A DNA stretch of 64,000 bases from Nitrospirales bacterium (GCA_963555755.3 OY820905.2:4416001-4480000); one strand, 5' to 3'. Counted from the stretch's first letter, positions 19,168 to 29,464 are shown. Numbers and translations are program-made. The notes: a model not told the origin generated them from the sequence alone.

Positions 19168-19281
19168 GAAATGAAGAGTGAAAAATGAAAAATGAAAAAT
19201 GAAGAGTGAAAAATGAAAAATGAAGAGTGAAAAATGAAAAATTATTACCTTTCGGTACGCATTACGTATCACGCTTCACGT
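19168..19281. repeat. Heptamer array (about 10 x AAATGAA/GAGTGAA) with a short partly complementary arm
   Basis: aaatgaa gagtgaa aaatgaa aaatgaa... then tacgca ttacgta tcacgct tcacgt. Confidence 0.82.
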
Positions 19282-19334
19282 ATAAGGATGTCGAATTATT
19301 CAACAGTCCCAATCATTGTGAATGAGGAGAAGCT

Positions 19335-19754
19335 ATGAGTGATGAAGTCGAGGATGTGGATGTCACCGGAGAAGCCAGTGAGATGGTAGAGGCGGATGAG
19401 GGTGAGGGTGAGGGAGGTGGCAAGGTCATCAAAGCCACAGGGACAAAGCCGACAAAAAACGGAAAGGGTGCCTCCAAGTATCCCAACGTGGAATTCGAAA
19501 AGATGGAACGGATTCTCGACATCCCCCTGGTCTTATCCGCCCAGTTGGGTTCGTCTCGGATGTTGGTAAAGGAATTGCTCCAACTTGGTCCGGGGTCGGT
19601 GGTGGAGTTGGATAAGCTGGCTGGCGAACCGTTAGAGGTGTTGGTCAATGACAAGTTGGTGGCCCGAGGGGAAGTCGTCATGGTGAACGACAAGTTTGGC
19701 GTACGATTGACAGATGTTGTCAGCCCGACTGAACGGGTTCAGAAACTGCGATAG
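19335..19754 (+). CDS. fliN: Flagellar motor switch protein FliN
   Basis: ILDIPL, GSVVELDKLAGEPL, GEVVMVNDKFGVRLT. Confidence 0.97.
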   Translation: MSDEVEDVDVTGEASEMVEADEGEGEGGGKVIKATGTKPTKNGKGASKYPNVEFEKMERILDIPLVLSAQLGSSRMLVKELLQLGPGSVVELDKLAGEPLEVLVNDKLVARGEVVMVNDKFGVRLTDVVSPTERVQKLR

Positions 19755-19759
19755 AAAGA

Positions 19760-19883
19760 ACGTGAAGCGTCATGCGTGAAGCGTAAAGCGTATAAGAACA
19801 AGAATAATGAAAATCAAGGAAGACGGACAAAAGGTCATGGTGATTTATTCTTCACGCATGACGCATGACGCATGACGCATCAC
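19760..19883. repeat. Inverted heptamer array
   Basis: acgtgaa gcgtcat gcgtgaa gcgtaaa ... ttcacgc atgacgc atgacgc atgacgc atcac. Confidence 0.8.
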
Positions 19884-19906
19884 AATCTAAGAATAACGAG
19901 GGAAGA

Positions 19907-20287
19907 ATGGATTTTGCCACTGAGGCCCTGAAAATGACTGGAGCCCTGATCACCGTGTTAATGGTCATGGGGGGCGTGGCTGTGCTGGTCAAACGGTTTT
20001 TGGGTCATCAGGGAGGAGTTGGTGGTGCACCCGCTTTGCGTCTCATGGGAGGCTTGCGACTGGGGCCGGGAAAATCCGTGATCCTGGTTGAATTGGCAGG
20101 GGAGGTGTTGGTGTTAGGGGCGACCGCTAAAGAACTCACCCTTCTGACCCGGGTTGACGACCCTCATCGAATCGAACAGCTTCGCCCTGGAGGGGGGATT
20201 GGTCTTCCTTCGTTGCCCTGGTCCACGATGTTGATGAAGGCGAAGGCGCGGGTTGCATGTGAGTCGAAAGAGGCGTCAACGGCATGA
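19907..20287 (+). CDS. fliO: Flagellar biosynthesis protein FliO
   Basis: N-terminal TM, LRLGPGKSVILVELAGEVLVLGAT; between fliN and fliP. Confidence 0.88.
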   Translation: MDFATEALKMTGALITVLMVMGGVAVLVKRFLGHQGGVGGAPALRLMGGLRLGPGKSVILVELAGEVLVLGATAKELTLLTRVDDPHRIEQLRPGGGIGLPSLPWSTMLMKAKARVACESKEASTA

Positions 20288-20309
20288 ACGCGTGAAGCGT
20301 ACTTAAGGT

Positions 20310-20369
20310 TCGTATCTCGTATTTCGTATCTCGTATCTCGTTTTTTCAGGAGATACGAGATACGAGCGA
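20310..20369. repeat. Inverted heptamer array (TCGTATC / GATACGA type)
   Basis: tcgtatc tcgtatt tcgtatc tcgtatc tcg ... gagatac gagatac gagcga. Confidence 0.8.
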
Positions 20370-20391
20370 TGGGTTTTTTTAAGGTCTGCTC

Positions 20392-21150
20392 ATGTCAAAA
20401 ACACAAATGATCATCAGTATCGGACTCGGCCTACTCGTGGCGTTGTTCGGGGTGGATGTGTGGGCGCAAAGTCCGCAAGCTCCGGCCTTCAATCTGGATA
20501 TTATAGGGCCAGAGGGTCGGCAGTCGTATACCGTGGGCATCAGAATCATGTTGCTGCTCACCGCGTTGACCTTGGCGCCGGCGTTTATCATGATGATGAC
20601 GTCGTTCACGCGCGTGGTTATCGTTCTGGCCTTGGTTCGTCAAGCGATGGGGACACTGCACTGGCCGCCGAACCAAGTGATCGTGGGCCTTGCCTTATTT
20701 TTGACGCTCTTCATCATGACACCGGTGTGGGAACAAATACAGCTTCGCGCATTGGATCCCTATCTACAAGATCAGATTTCCCAGGAACATGCGCTGGAAG
20801 AGGCGATTGGTCCCATTCGGACGTTCATGTTGAAACAGGTGCGGGAAAAAGATTTGGATCTGTTTGTGAATTTGGCAGGGGTGGAGGTTCCTGAAGGTCC
20901 GGATCAGACACCGCTGCGGATCCTCATCCCGGCCTTTGTGACGAGTGAGCTGCGTACCGCGTTTCAAATTGGGTTCCTGATTTTCATTCCGTTTTTGGTG
21001 ATCGATATGATCGTGGCCAGTATCCTGATGTCCATGGGGATGATGTTACTGCCTCCCATCATGATCTCCCTGCCATTCAAATTAATCTTGTTTGTATTGG
21101 CCGACGGATGGTTCCTGGTCGTTGGGTCGTTGATGCAGAGCTTCAACTGA
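20392..21150 (+). CDS. fliP: Flagellar export gate protein FliP
   Basis: MMTSFTR, PPNQV, SELRTAFQIGF, MGMMLLPP, LPFKL. Confidence 0.97.
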   Translation: MSKTQMIISIGLGLLVALFGVDVWAQSPQAPAFNLDIIGPEGRQSYTVGIRIMLLLTALTLAPAFIMMMTSFTRVVIVLALVRQAMGTLHWPPNQVIVGLALFLTLFIMTPVWEQIQLRALDPYLQDQISQEHALEEAIGPIRTFMLKQVREKDLDLFVNLAGVEVPEGPDQTPLRILIPAFVTSELRTAFQIGFLIFIPFLVIDMIVASILMSMGMMLLPPIMISLPFKLILFVLADGWFLVVGSLMQSFN

Positions 21151-21153
21151 AAG

Positions 21154-21278
21154 ACGTCATGCGTGAAGCGTGATGCGTCATGCGCAAAAAAAAATGTGAA
21201 ATGAAAACGAAAAGTAAAGATGGTGGATTTAAGACCATGATGATGTGTTTCCTACGCATGACGCTTCACGCTTCACGA
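21154..21278. repeat. Inverted heptamer array
   Basis: acgtcat gcgtgaa gcgtgat gcgtcat gcg ... acgc atgacgc ttcacgc ttcacga. Confidence 0.8.
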
Positions 21279-21288
21279 GGTTTTCCCA

Positions 21289-21558
21289 ATGACTCCTGAA
21301 ACCGTTATGCATGTGGCCCGGATGGCGATCGAAACCACGATGTTGGTGGCCGGACCCATGTTGCTTTTGAGTTTGGTCGTCGGGTTGTTCGTCGGTGCGT
21401 TTCAAGCCATGACCCAAATCAATGAAATGACACTCACGTTTGTCCCGAAAATTATCGGGATCTTTCTGGTCCTGTTAATTGGATTTCCATGGTTGCTCCA
21501 AGTGTATCTGGGATTTATGACCACGCTCTTGGTGAATATTCCCAACTATATTCGGTAA
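21289..21558 (+). CDS. fliQ: Flagellar export gate protein FliQ
   Basis: FQAMTQINEMTLTFVPK. Confidence 0.97.
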   Translation: MTPETVMHVARMAIETTMLVAGPMLLLSLVVGLFVGAFQAMTQINEMTLTFVPKIIGIFLVLLIGFPWLLQVYLGFMTTLLVNIPNYIR

Positions 21559-21674
21559 GGACCTGAGAGAAAATACCTTGGACATCTCGCATCCAAAACA
21601 TAGCTGTACTATGCCTCGGGTGTTTTTCAACCTAGAAACAGCAGTTGGATCACAAAAGTCCGCACAAGCTCTCA

Positions 21675-21937
21675 GGGTCCGTCACGAAATAACCGGGACA
21701 ATTGGCCGAGACGATTTTGGAGCGAGGCAAGGAGCGAAGAGCGCGCATACCGGGAGTATGGAAGCGATGAGCGACGCCGGCGGAGCCCAAAAGCGTCCGG
21801 CCCTCCGGGGAGGCCCATCTTTGGCCCGGGGCGGCGTTGCTCCTCGGTCACAGAGCCCCGCTCTGCTCCCTCGTCGCGCCTTGCCCCGATCACAAATCTG
21901 GGCCTCCCAATTGTCCCGGTTATTTCGTGACGGACCC
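21675..21937. mobile_element. MITE family F copy 2 (263 bp, inside E)
   Basis: 31-bp TIR GGGTCCGTCACGAAATAACCGGGACAATTGG...CCAATTGTCCCGGTTATTTCGTGACGGACCC. Confidence 0.87.
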
Positions 21938-21980
21938 TTAGCGCACCTGATAAAAGACAAAAAGGTCTCATCACCACTAA

Positions 21981-22137
21981 GGGTTCGCGCAACAATAACT
22001 TTCCCTGTTTGGGTGCTGAGACACCTGTCTGGCAAGGCGCGAGGACTGCGCATACTCCTCGTATGGAAAGGACGAGCAACGCCGCCAGACGGGATGGATC
22101 GACGCCCAAACAGGGAAAATTATTGTTGCGCGAGCCC
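21981..22137. mobile_element. MITE family A copy 3 (inside E)
   Basis: 157 bp, flanked by duplicated TAA. Confidence 0.85.
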
Positions 22138-22292
22138 TAAGGTGACCACGACGTTTTGTCTTTCACCATGCACCCCAATAGCTCGCACGGCTTTTTTGCG
22201 CCCAACTGCAGTTTCTAGGTCCAATCGTTCCGTCCAAATCCAACCCAAATCTTGGCGCGATATGTCCAAGGTATTTTCTCTCAGGTCCTCTC

Positions 22293-23078
22293 ATGGCGAA
22301 ATTTGAAATTGGTCTACAGGAGTTTTGGGGGTTTGCCTTGGTACTCGTCCGAACCGGCGGGATTCTCTCGGCGTTTCCCATCATTGGGGGTCGGTTGGTA
22401 CCCATGAAAATCCGTGTGGCTATGTTGATGGCCGTGGCGCTCGTGTTTGGGCCGCTTGTGTCGCCCACCCTGCACCCGGACTGGCTGGAACCCCTGAAGC
22501 TCACCGTCGGGTTAGCCACGGAATTATTCATCGGGTTATTCCTTGGATTTGCAACCAGATTACTCATGGCCACGATTGAGATAGCCGGGAGTATCATGGG
22601 TTTTCAAATGGGATTTGGCTTGGCGGTTCAACTTGACCCCGTCACACAAGTCGAAGTTCCGGTGTTGGGAAGTTTTTTGGTCATTGTGGCCTCCCTTCTC
22701 TATTTCGTGGTTGATGGGCATCACCTCCTGTTGCTGGCCTTGGGCTCGAGCTTTGCGTTGATCCCTCCGCTTGGTGCGCAGTTTCATCCACCCTTGTTGG
22801 TTGATGCAGTCGAAATCATGCAACGGACTTTTGATATCGGGGTCAAGCTGGCCTTGCCCCTGATAGCGGTGACCTTTCTGATTTATCTCGTCCTGGGAAT
22901 TCTGGGACGTGTGATGCCTCAGATGAATGTGCTGTTTCTCGGATTCCCCTTGACCATTAGTGTCGGATTGTTGGTCGTAGGATTTGGCCTGCCACTCTTT
23001 GCGTCCTTATTTCAACACTCCATTTTGGAGTTAGAAGGGGTGCTCATTGGCATGTTAGAGGAGATGGGGCGTGGCTGA
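22293..23078 (+). CDS. fliR: Flagellar export gate protein FliR
   Basis: Hydrophobic; GFQMGFG, DGHHLLL, RVMPQMNV. Confidence 0.96.
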   Translation: MAKFEIGLQEFWGFALVLVRTGGILSAFPIIGGRLVPMKIRVAMLMAVALVFGPLVSPTLHPDWLEPLKLTVGLATELFIGLFLGFATRLLMATIEIAGSIMGFQMGFGLAVQLDPVTQVEVPVLGSFLVIVASLLYFVVDGHHLLLLALGSSFALIPPLGAQFHPPLLVDAVEIMQRTFDIGVKLALPLIAVTFLIYLVLGILGRVMPQMNVLFLGFPLTISVGLLVVGFGLPLFASLFQHSILELEGVLIGMLEEMGRG

Positions 23079-24153
23079 AGACAAAGATGGAATGGAGAAG
23101 TCTGAACAGCCGAGTTCACGGAAGCTGGAAAAAGCACGGGAAAAAGGACAGGTTCCCTCGACCAAAGAATTCAGCCCGGTTGTGATGATCTTTGGCGCCA
23201 TGGGCATGATTGCCATGTGGGCGCCTTTAGCGTGGCAGCATATCCAACGGACGAGCATGGGTTGGTTTGAAACCGCCGGGCTTCGCCTGATCACCCCTGA
23301 CACGGCCTATGCCCTCGCGGTCGAAATGGTAGAAACCGGGATGGTGATCGTTTTACCCTTTGCGTTCGGAATGATGACCTTGGGTGTGTTGGCGACGGTG
23401 ATTCAAACAGGACCGCTATGGATTGAGGATGGGATACAGCCCAAAATTTCCAAAATCAATCCGGTGGCTGGCCTCAAACGCATCGTGTCGATTCGAGGTG
23501 TGGTCGAACTGCTGAAATCGTTGATGAAACTCGTCATTCTGGGCGGAATAACCTACTTCATCATCCAAGCACATATTTCAGATATCGTCGAAATTCCTGG
23601 ATTATCCGTTGGAGAAGCATTTCAACGAGTCGGGCGCATTGCGTTTCAGTTGGTGATGGCGATTGGTGTCGTGTTGCTGGTGTTAGCGGTGGCCGATTTC
23701 GCGTTTCAACGATGGCAATTTTTACGGGATCAACGGATGACCAAACGGGAAGTGAAGGATGAAATGAAAGATGTGGAAGGGAATCCGTTGGTTCGCTCTC
23801 GCCGCATGAGTTTGCAGCGGGATCGGGCGCGTCAGCGGATGATGCAAGCCGTACCCAATGCGGATGTGGTGATTACGAACCCGACTCACCTGGCCGTGGC
23901 ACTCAAGTACGACCCTGAACAAGCAGCCTCGCCAACCGTGCTGGCCAAAGGCGCAGGGTATGTCGCGGAGCACATTAAACAAGTTGCCCGTTCCGCGGGT
24001 ATTCCGATTGTGGAGAATAAACCGGTGGCGCAGGGGCTGTATAAATTAGTGGAAGTCGGACGCACCATTCCGACTGACTTGTATAAGGCCGTAGCTGAGA
24101 TTCTGGCTTATGTGTATCGATTGAAACAAAGCCAGAAAGAGATGGCAGGGTAA
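23071..24153 (+). CDS. flhB: Flagellar export switch protein FlhB
   Basis: KAREKGQV, EGNP, autocleavage motif TNPTH. Confidence 0.97.
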   Translation: MAEDKDGMEKSEQPSSRKLEKAREKGQVPSTKEFSPVVMIFGAMGMIAMWAPLAWQHIQRTSMGWFETAGLRLITPDTAYALAVEMVETGMVIVLPFAFGMMTLGVLATVIQTGPLWIEDGIQPKISKINPVAGLKRIVSIRGVVELLKSLMKLVILGGITYFIIQAHISDIVEIPGLSVGEAFQRVGRIAFQLVMAIGVVLLVLAVADFAFQRWQFLRDQRMTKREVKDEMKDVEGNPLVRSRRMSLQRDRARQRMMQAVPNADVVITNPTHLAVALKYDPEQAASPTVLAKGAGYVAEHIKQVARSAGIPIVENKPVAQGLYKLVEVGRTIPTDLYKAVAEILAYVYRLKQSQKEMAG

Positions 24154-24158
24154 GCAGG

Positions 24159-26258
24159 ATGGCGACCTCAACGACGATGACACAAGAAGGCACCCCTCTC
24201 GGGTCGTATAGCGATTTCTTGTTGCCGTTGGGCGTCATTGGCATGTTGATGTTGATGCTTCTCCCGATCCCGCCGGTGCTCCTCGATTTGTGTCTGTCGT
24301 TCAGCATTACCCTGTCGATTCTTATATTGCTGGTGACGATGCATGCGAGACGTCCGATTGATTTTTCCGTGTTTCCTTCAGTCCTGTTGTTGGTGACGCT
24401 CTTTCGGTTAGGCCTGAATATTGCGTCAACGCGTGTCATTCTCCTCAATGGCCATGAGGGCATTGGCGCAGCCGGCGAAGTCATTAAATCGTTTGGGGGG
24501 GTTGTTGTCGGTGGCAATTTTGCAGTGGGAATCGTGGTGTTTTCCATCTTAGTGATCATCAATTTCATTGTGATCACGAAAGGGGCTGGCCGAATCGCGG
24601 AAGTGGCCGCGCGGTTTACGTTGGATGCCATGCCTGGAAAGCAGATGAGCATTGACGCGGATCTCAATGCCGGACTGATCGATGAGGCCACGGCTCGTCG
24701 TCGTCGTGAAGATATTGCCGAAGAAGCCGATTTTTATGGGGCCATGGATGGTGCGAGTAAATTCGTTCGTGGTGATGCGATCGCCGCCATTATTATTATC
24801 CTGATCAACATCGTAGGTGGGTTGGCGATTGGGGTGCTGGAACACGGCATGCCGTTAGCCGAGGCGGCTCGTACTTTTACCCTTCTGACTGTGGGTGATG
24901 CTCTGGTGGGACAGATTCCGGCCCTCATTATTTCAACCGCTGCCGGTATCATCATCACACGAGCCGCCTCATCTGCAAATTTAGGAGAGCAAATCACCAA
25001 CCAAATTCTGGTCAACCCCAATTTGATTGGTATGGTAGCCGGCATTCTTTTCCTATTGGGACTCACTCCTGGCCTACCACATTTTGCCTTCTTGCTGGTA
25101 GGGAGCCTGGTTGCTGGGCTGGCCTATTTTCTTAAAGATCAACAGAAAAAGATGGCTGACACAGAGAAAGCCGCGGTTCCTGCCAAAGGTGAGGAAGCCG
25201 CGAAAACGGATGCCCTCGACGTCGTGACATCCCCTGACTTACTTGAACTTCATGTGGGGTATGGGCTGGTTCCGTTGGTGGATGTCGCACAGGGGGGGGA
25301 GCTTCTTGAGCGCATTCGCGGGATTCGCCGGCAGACTGGCCAGGAGCTGGGTTTGGTCGTTCCGCCCGTGCATATTCGGGATAACCTTCAGCTGCGGCCC
25401 AACGAATACAGCATCATGTTGAAAGGGGTGCAGGTGGCCAAAGGCGAAGTCGTGCCGAGGCATTTGCTGGCCATTAATCCGGGTCAGGCCACGGGTGATT
25501 TGGAAGGGAAGCCGACACAAGATCCGTGCTTTGGGCTACCGGCACTTTGGATTTCGACCCAAAACAAAGAGAAGGCTCAGGTCGAAGGGTATACGGTTGT
25601 CGATTGTGGCTCGGTGATTGCAACACATCTGACTGAAATCATTCGAGCAAATGCTCATGACCTGATTGGGCGTCAAGAGGTACAGAGTTTGCTAGACAAT
25701 ATTGCGAAGACTCATCCCAAGGTTGTGGATGATTTAATCCCCACCTTGTTGCCACTGGGAAGTGTGGTGAGAATTTTACGAAATCTTCTGAAAGAGCGGG
25801 TGTCTATTCGTGATTTGCGCACGATTCTCGAAAGCGTGGCGGATTATGCCCCACAGGTGAAAGACCCTGAAACCTTGACGGATTATGCACGGCAAAGTGT
25901 GGGTCGGACCATCACCAGTCAATTCACCAACCCGGACGGGTTGCTCCCGGTGATCAGTTTAGATCCGGCTCTAGACCGACGGTTGGTTGACGCCCTGCGG
26001 CCAAGTCCGACAGGGGAAGTCCAGTCTATGAGCCCACCCTTCGTGAATGCGTTCCTGGAAGGCGTGCGTCGTGCCATTGAACGCGTCATTTCTCGAGGTT
26101 ATCAACCCGTGTTGCTCTGCTCTCATGGAATTCGGGCCCAGGTGTATCGCCTGGTGGCACCGGGTGTTCAGGCATTGACGGTGTTATCCCCGAATGAGAT
26201 TGACGTCAAAGCCAAAATTCAAGCCATTGAAGTGGTGAGGATTCCAGATGAAGCTTAA
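24159..26258 (+). CDS. flhA: Flagellar export protein FlhA
   Basis: EVAARFTLDAMPGKQMSIDADL, FYGAMDGASKFVRGD. Confidence 0.98.
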   Translation: MATSTTMTQEGTPLGSYSDFLLPLGVIGMLMLMLLPIPPVLLDLCLSFSITLSILILLVTMHARRPIDFSVFPSVLLLVTLFRLGLNIASTRVILLNGHEGIGAAGEVIKSFGGVVVGGNFAVGIVVFSILVIINFIVITKGAGRIAEVAARFTLDAMPGKQMSIDADLNAGLIDEATARRRREDIAEEADFYGAMDGASKFVRGDAIAAIIIILINIVGGLAIGVLEHGMPLAEAARTFTLLTVGDALVGQIPALIISTAAGIIITRAASSANLGEQITNQILVNPNLIGMVAGILFLLGLTPGLPHFAFLLVGSLVAGLAYFLKDQQKKMADTEKAAVPAKGEEAAKTDALDVVTSPDLLELHVGYGLVPLVDVAQGGELLERIRGIRRQTGQELGLVVPPVHIRDNLQLRPNEYSIMLKGVQVAKGEVVPRHLLAINPGQATGDLEGKPTQDPCFGLPALWISTQNKEKAQVEGYTVVDCGSVIATHLTEIIRANAHDLIGRQEVQSLLDNIAKTHPKVVDDLIPTLLPLGSVVRILRNLLKERVSIRDLRTILESVADYAPQVKDPETLTDYARQSVGRTITSQFTNPDGLLPVISLDPALDRRLVDALRPSPTGEVQSMSPPFVNAFLEGVRRAIERVISRGYQPVLLCSHGIRAQVYRLVAPGVQALTVLSPNEIDVKAKIQAIEVVRIPDEA

Positions 26259-27597
26259 ACGATTTGAAGCATTAACTCTTCAGGAAGCATTTTTCGCCGT
26301 GAAAGCCGAATTGGGCTCGGATGCCGTGATCGTCTCGACCCGGCGTATCAATAAAGGTGGAGGTTTTCTTGGGTTGCTCAGTCAACCCATGATTGAAGTC
26401 ACGGCTGCGGTTGATCGAGGGGTGGTGGCCAAAGAACCTGCCAAAGAACTTGCCAAAGAACCTGATCATCGCCAACGCCGGTCACAGGAAACAGTGATGC
26501 CAACCGTTGAACCGGAAACGGTTTCGTCGTGGTATGAACCCCCCATCGAAGCCCAGCAGAGGCAGGCCCCCTCTTTTGGTGAACATCTGAAAGTGGCGGC
26601 GTTACTCGACCCGGTAAGCCAACAGCTCGCCGCCCTCCGTGAGGAAATGAAAGAGTTACGAAGTGTACGGTCTGAGGCCGATACCGGAATTGGTCCCCTT
26701 CGTCAGGAACTCGAAACGTTCCGCACGTTCATGGGAGACATGCTGGCGGATCGGGCATCACAACGGTTGGCTTCGCTTCCGAAAGATCTGAGGGCCTACC
26801 ATGAAGTCCTCGTGACTGCAGGAATTACCCCTTCCCTGGCTGCCAATCTTGTGCGGACGGTTGGGGAAACCCTCGGAACAGGGGAGGGCATTCGGGACGA
26901 AACCGTGGCGGAATTATTGCGGGAGCAAATGGAGAAGGCCATTTCGGTGTCCGGTCCTTTGGCGACACCTGGCGGTTTGCAAAAAGTCGTCATGCTCGTG
27001 GGGCCTACTGGAGTCGGGAAAACCACGACCATTGCTAAACTCGCCAGTCAGTTCACGCAAGGACCCATGCGGATGAAAACTGTCGTGGTGACATTGGATA
27101 CGTATCGAGTGGCCGCTGTCGAACAACTTCGAGTCTATGCTCGAATCTTGAAAGTTCCCGTTGAAGTAGCCGTGACACCAGAGGAATTGCCGGCTTGCGT
27201 GGCTCGGCATCCGGATGCCGGGTTGGTGCTGGTTGATACGGCTGGCCGCAGTCCGCGTGATCCGGCAGGGGCACGAGAACTGGCGGCGATTGCGGAACAA
27301 AAAATGGCACTCGAAACCCATTTAGTGCTGTCTGCGCCCACAGACTTGGCCGTGCAAGAAGATATTGTGCGTCGGTATAGCAGCATCCCCGTGCATCGAT
27401 TGTTGCTCACAAAACTCGATGAAATGCCCCAATTGGGCCGCTTATTCAATTTGATTCATCAAACCGGGCTTCCGCTGTCGTATCTGTCCATGGGACAACG
27501 GGTTCCAGAAGATTTGGAACAAGCGACGCGAAAATCCATCGTGGATCGAATCGACCTGTTTTCCGCATGGGAGCAGGTGTCAGCGAAAGTCGCGTAA
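26248..27597 (+). CDS. flhF: SRP-family GTPase FlhF
   Basis: ELGSDAVIVS N-terminus, GPTGVGKTT, DTYR, DTAGR, TKLDE, GQRVPED. Confidence 0.96.
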   Translation: MKLKRFEALTLQEAFFAVKAELGSDAVIVSTRRINKGGGFLGLLSQPMIEVTAAVDRGVVAKEPAKELAKEPDHRQRRSQETVMPTVEPETVSSWYEPPIEAQQRQAPSFGEHLKVAALLDPVSQQLAALREEMKELRSVRSEADTGIGPLRQELETFRTFMGDMLADRASQRLASLPKDLRAYHEVLVTAGITPSLAANLVRTVGETLGTGEGIRDETVAELLREQMEKAISVSGPLATPGGLQKVVMLVGPTGVGKTTTIAKLASQFTQGPMRMKTVVVTLDTYRVAAVEQLRVYARILKVPVEVAVTPEELPACVARHPDAGLVLVDTAGRSPRDPAGARELAAIAEQKMALETHLVLSAPTDLAVQEDIVRRYSSIPVHRLLLTKLDEMPQLGRLFNLIHQTGLPLSYLSMGQRVPEDLEQATRKSIVDRIDLFSAWEQVSAKVA

Positions 27598-27727
27598 TGC
27601 GTGAAGCGTGAAGCGTCATGCGTGAAGGGTAAAGGGAGAAACACTGTGGTATCTTTTTTTACGCATGACGCATGACGCATCACGCATGACGCATCACGCA
27701 TGACGCATCACGCATGACGCATCACGA
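27591..27727. repeat. Inverted heptamer array (longest right arm, about 9 units)
   Basis: gcgtaat gcgtgaa gcgtgaa gcgtcat gcgtgaa ... (atgacgc/atcacgc) x ~9. Confidence 0.88.
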
Positions 27728-27772
27728 CTTCGCAGTGAGTACATCAACGTTTGATTTATAAGGACACACACC

Positions 27773-28654
27773 ATGATCCCCCAGATTGATCAAGCGAGCG
27801 GGCTACGAGCACGAGCGAGTGCTCAACCAACCCTTCCCCCAGTCCAAGTCATCGCGGTGAGCTCGGGGAAAGGAGGAGTCGGGAAAACCAATATTGTCGC
27901 CAACATTGCCGTGGCCGGAGCGAAACAGGGTACGCGCGTCATGATCATGGATGCGGATCTGGCGCTGGGGAATCTCGATGTGCTGCTTGGTCTCACACCT
28001 GTCTATTCGTTAGAAGATGTCATCGCGGGCCGACAGACATTGGAAGAGATTGTGGTGGAAGGGCCGGCGGGGGTGCAGATTCTTCCGGCCACGTCAGGGG
28101 TACAAGATCTGACGGCCTTAAGTCGAGACCAACAACTTCATCTGCAAACACAATTTTTGAATTTGGCTACCCCGCCAGAATTGCTGCTGATTGATTGTGC
28201 CGCCGGCATTTCCGCGAATGTTCTCTATTTTAGCCTGGTGGCCCATGAAGTCCTCGTGGTGGTCACCCCGGAACCGACATCCCTCACGGATGCGTATGCC
28301 TTGATTAAGGTTTTATCCACTCGCTACCGACAAAAACGTTTTAGAATTTTGATCAACATGGCGAAACAGGTTCGTGAGGCCAAGGACGTCTTTCGGAAAT
28401 TGAGTAAGGTGACGGACCGATTTCTGAGCCTCTCATTGGATTTCGCCGGATGGGTACCCTTGGATGACCATTTGCCCATGGCCGTGTGCCAGCAACGAGC
28501 GGTCGTGGAAGCTTTTCCCAAGGCCCCGTCGAGTCGTGCGTTGTCGGACCTCATGGCGACGTTGCTTGGATGGCGATCGGATCATCCCATGGATGGCGGG
28601 CTCCAGCTATTTGGCCCATCGGTTCTTTGGACACCCACACAGGAAGGAGCGTGA
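27773..28654 (+). CDS. flhG: MinD-like ATPase FlhG (FleN)
   Basis: DQASGLR N-terminus, SGKGGVGKT, PEPTSLTDAYALIK. Confidence 0.95.
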   Translation: MIPQIDQASGLRARASAQPTLPPVQVIAVSSGKGGVGKTNIVANIAVAGAKQGTRVMIMDADLALGNLDVLLGLTPVYSLEDVIAGRQTLEEIVVEGPAGVQILPATSGVQDLTALSRDQQLHLQTQFLNLATPPELLLIDCAAGISANVLYFSLVAHEVLVVVTPEPTSLTDAYALIKVLSTRYRQKRFRILINMAKQVREAKDVFRKLSKVTDRFLSLSLDFAGWVPLDDHLPMAVCQQRAVVEAFPKAPSSRALSDLMATLLGWRSDHPMDGGLQLFGPSVLWTPTQEGA

Positions 28655-28660
28655 GGGACT

Positions 28661-29458
28661 ATGAAATCTACTGTCTCGGAAGCCCAAGCCCAGCAGAGGA
28701 TTCACGCTCGGTTTAAGACGGGAGAAGCCGCCAAATCCGTTGGTATTCGCGGAGAAGAACGGGAAGGGATGATCAAGGATTTTGTGCCGGTCATTAAGTA
28801 TATGGCCCTTCGCTTGGCCATGCGTGTTCCGGCGGGCTTAAATGTTGAGGACCTGATTAGCGCAGGAACCGTCGGGCTTTTAGATGCCCTCAGCAAGTAT
28901 GATCCTGGACGGGAAGTGAAGTTTCGGACCTATGCGGAATTTCGTATTCGTGGCGCGATGCTTGATGAAATGCGTGCGATGGACTGGGTGCCTCGGTCGG
29001 TTCGTGAACGCATGGGTCGCATCCAACATGCCGCCAATGAATTTACCAAGCGAAAAGGTCGAACGCCGACCGAACAGGAGCTGGCTACGGAATTAGGGGT
29101 TGATGCCAAAGAAGTGGATGACACGCTGCTGCAAGCCAAAGGGGCCGTCGTATTAAGCCTCGATGATTTGGGCACCTCGGACGATGACGCCCATTCCATT
29201 TTGGATGCCCTGGCTGATACGGAGCAACCAAGTCCTCTTGAATCCTTGTTGTCCGAAGATACCAGAAAAGTGCTCGCCGATGCGATTGATCGACTGCCAG
29301 AGCGGCAACGATTGGTTCTGACGCTCTATTATTTTGAAGAACTGACTATGAAAGAAGTGGGGACGTTGTTGAACGTGACGGAATCCCGCATTTGCCAATT
29401 ACATGCGCAGGCTATGGTCCGGCTTAAAGCTCAACTTAGTACTAAACTGTCTCGTTAA
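28661..29458 (+). CDS. fliA: RNA polymerase sigma28 factor FliA
   Basis: RIRGAMLDEMRAMDWVPRS, LYYFEELTMKEVG, TESRICQLH. Confidence 0.97.
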   Translation: MKSTVSEAQAQQRIHARFKTGEAAKSVGIRGEEREGMIKDFVPVIKYMALRLAMRVPAGLNVEDLISAGTVGLLDALSKYDPGREVKFRTYAEFRIRGAMLDEMRAMDWVPRSVRERMGRIQHAANEFTKRKGRTPTEQELATELGVDAKEVDDTLLQAKGAVVLSLDDLGTSDDDAHSILDALADTEQPSPLESLLSEDTRKVLADAIDRLPERQRLVLTLYYFEELTMKEVGTLLNVTESRICQLHAQAMVRLKAQLSTKLSR

Positions 29459-29464
29459 AGATAC

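Larger units (their letters stand above)
21630..22220. mobile_element. MITE family E copy 2 (inside G)
   Basis: ACCTAGAAACAGCAGTTGG...CCAACTGCAGTTTCTAGGT, flanks TCA/CCA. Confidence 0.85.
21559..22288. mobile_element. MITE family G copy 1, containing E(F,A)
   Basis: Ends GGACCTGAGAGAAATACCTTGGACAT...ATGTCCAAGGTATTTTCTCTCAGGTCC; starts right after the fliQ TAA. Confidence 0.85.

Noticed and set aside
21578..22306. 242-aa ORF and similar ORFs at 15940-17195, 35564-36107, 57870-58379 and 63481-63666
   Set aside because: They lie wholly within nested non-coding repeats, recur wherever the repeats recur and show no protein motifs.
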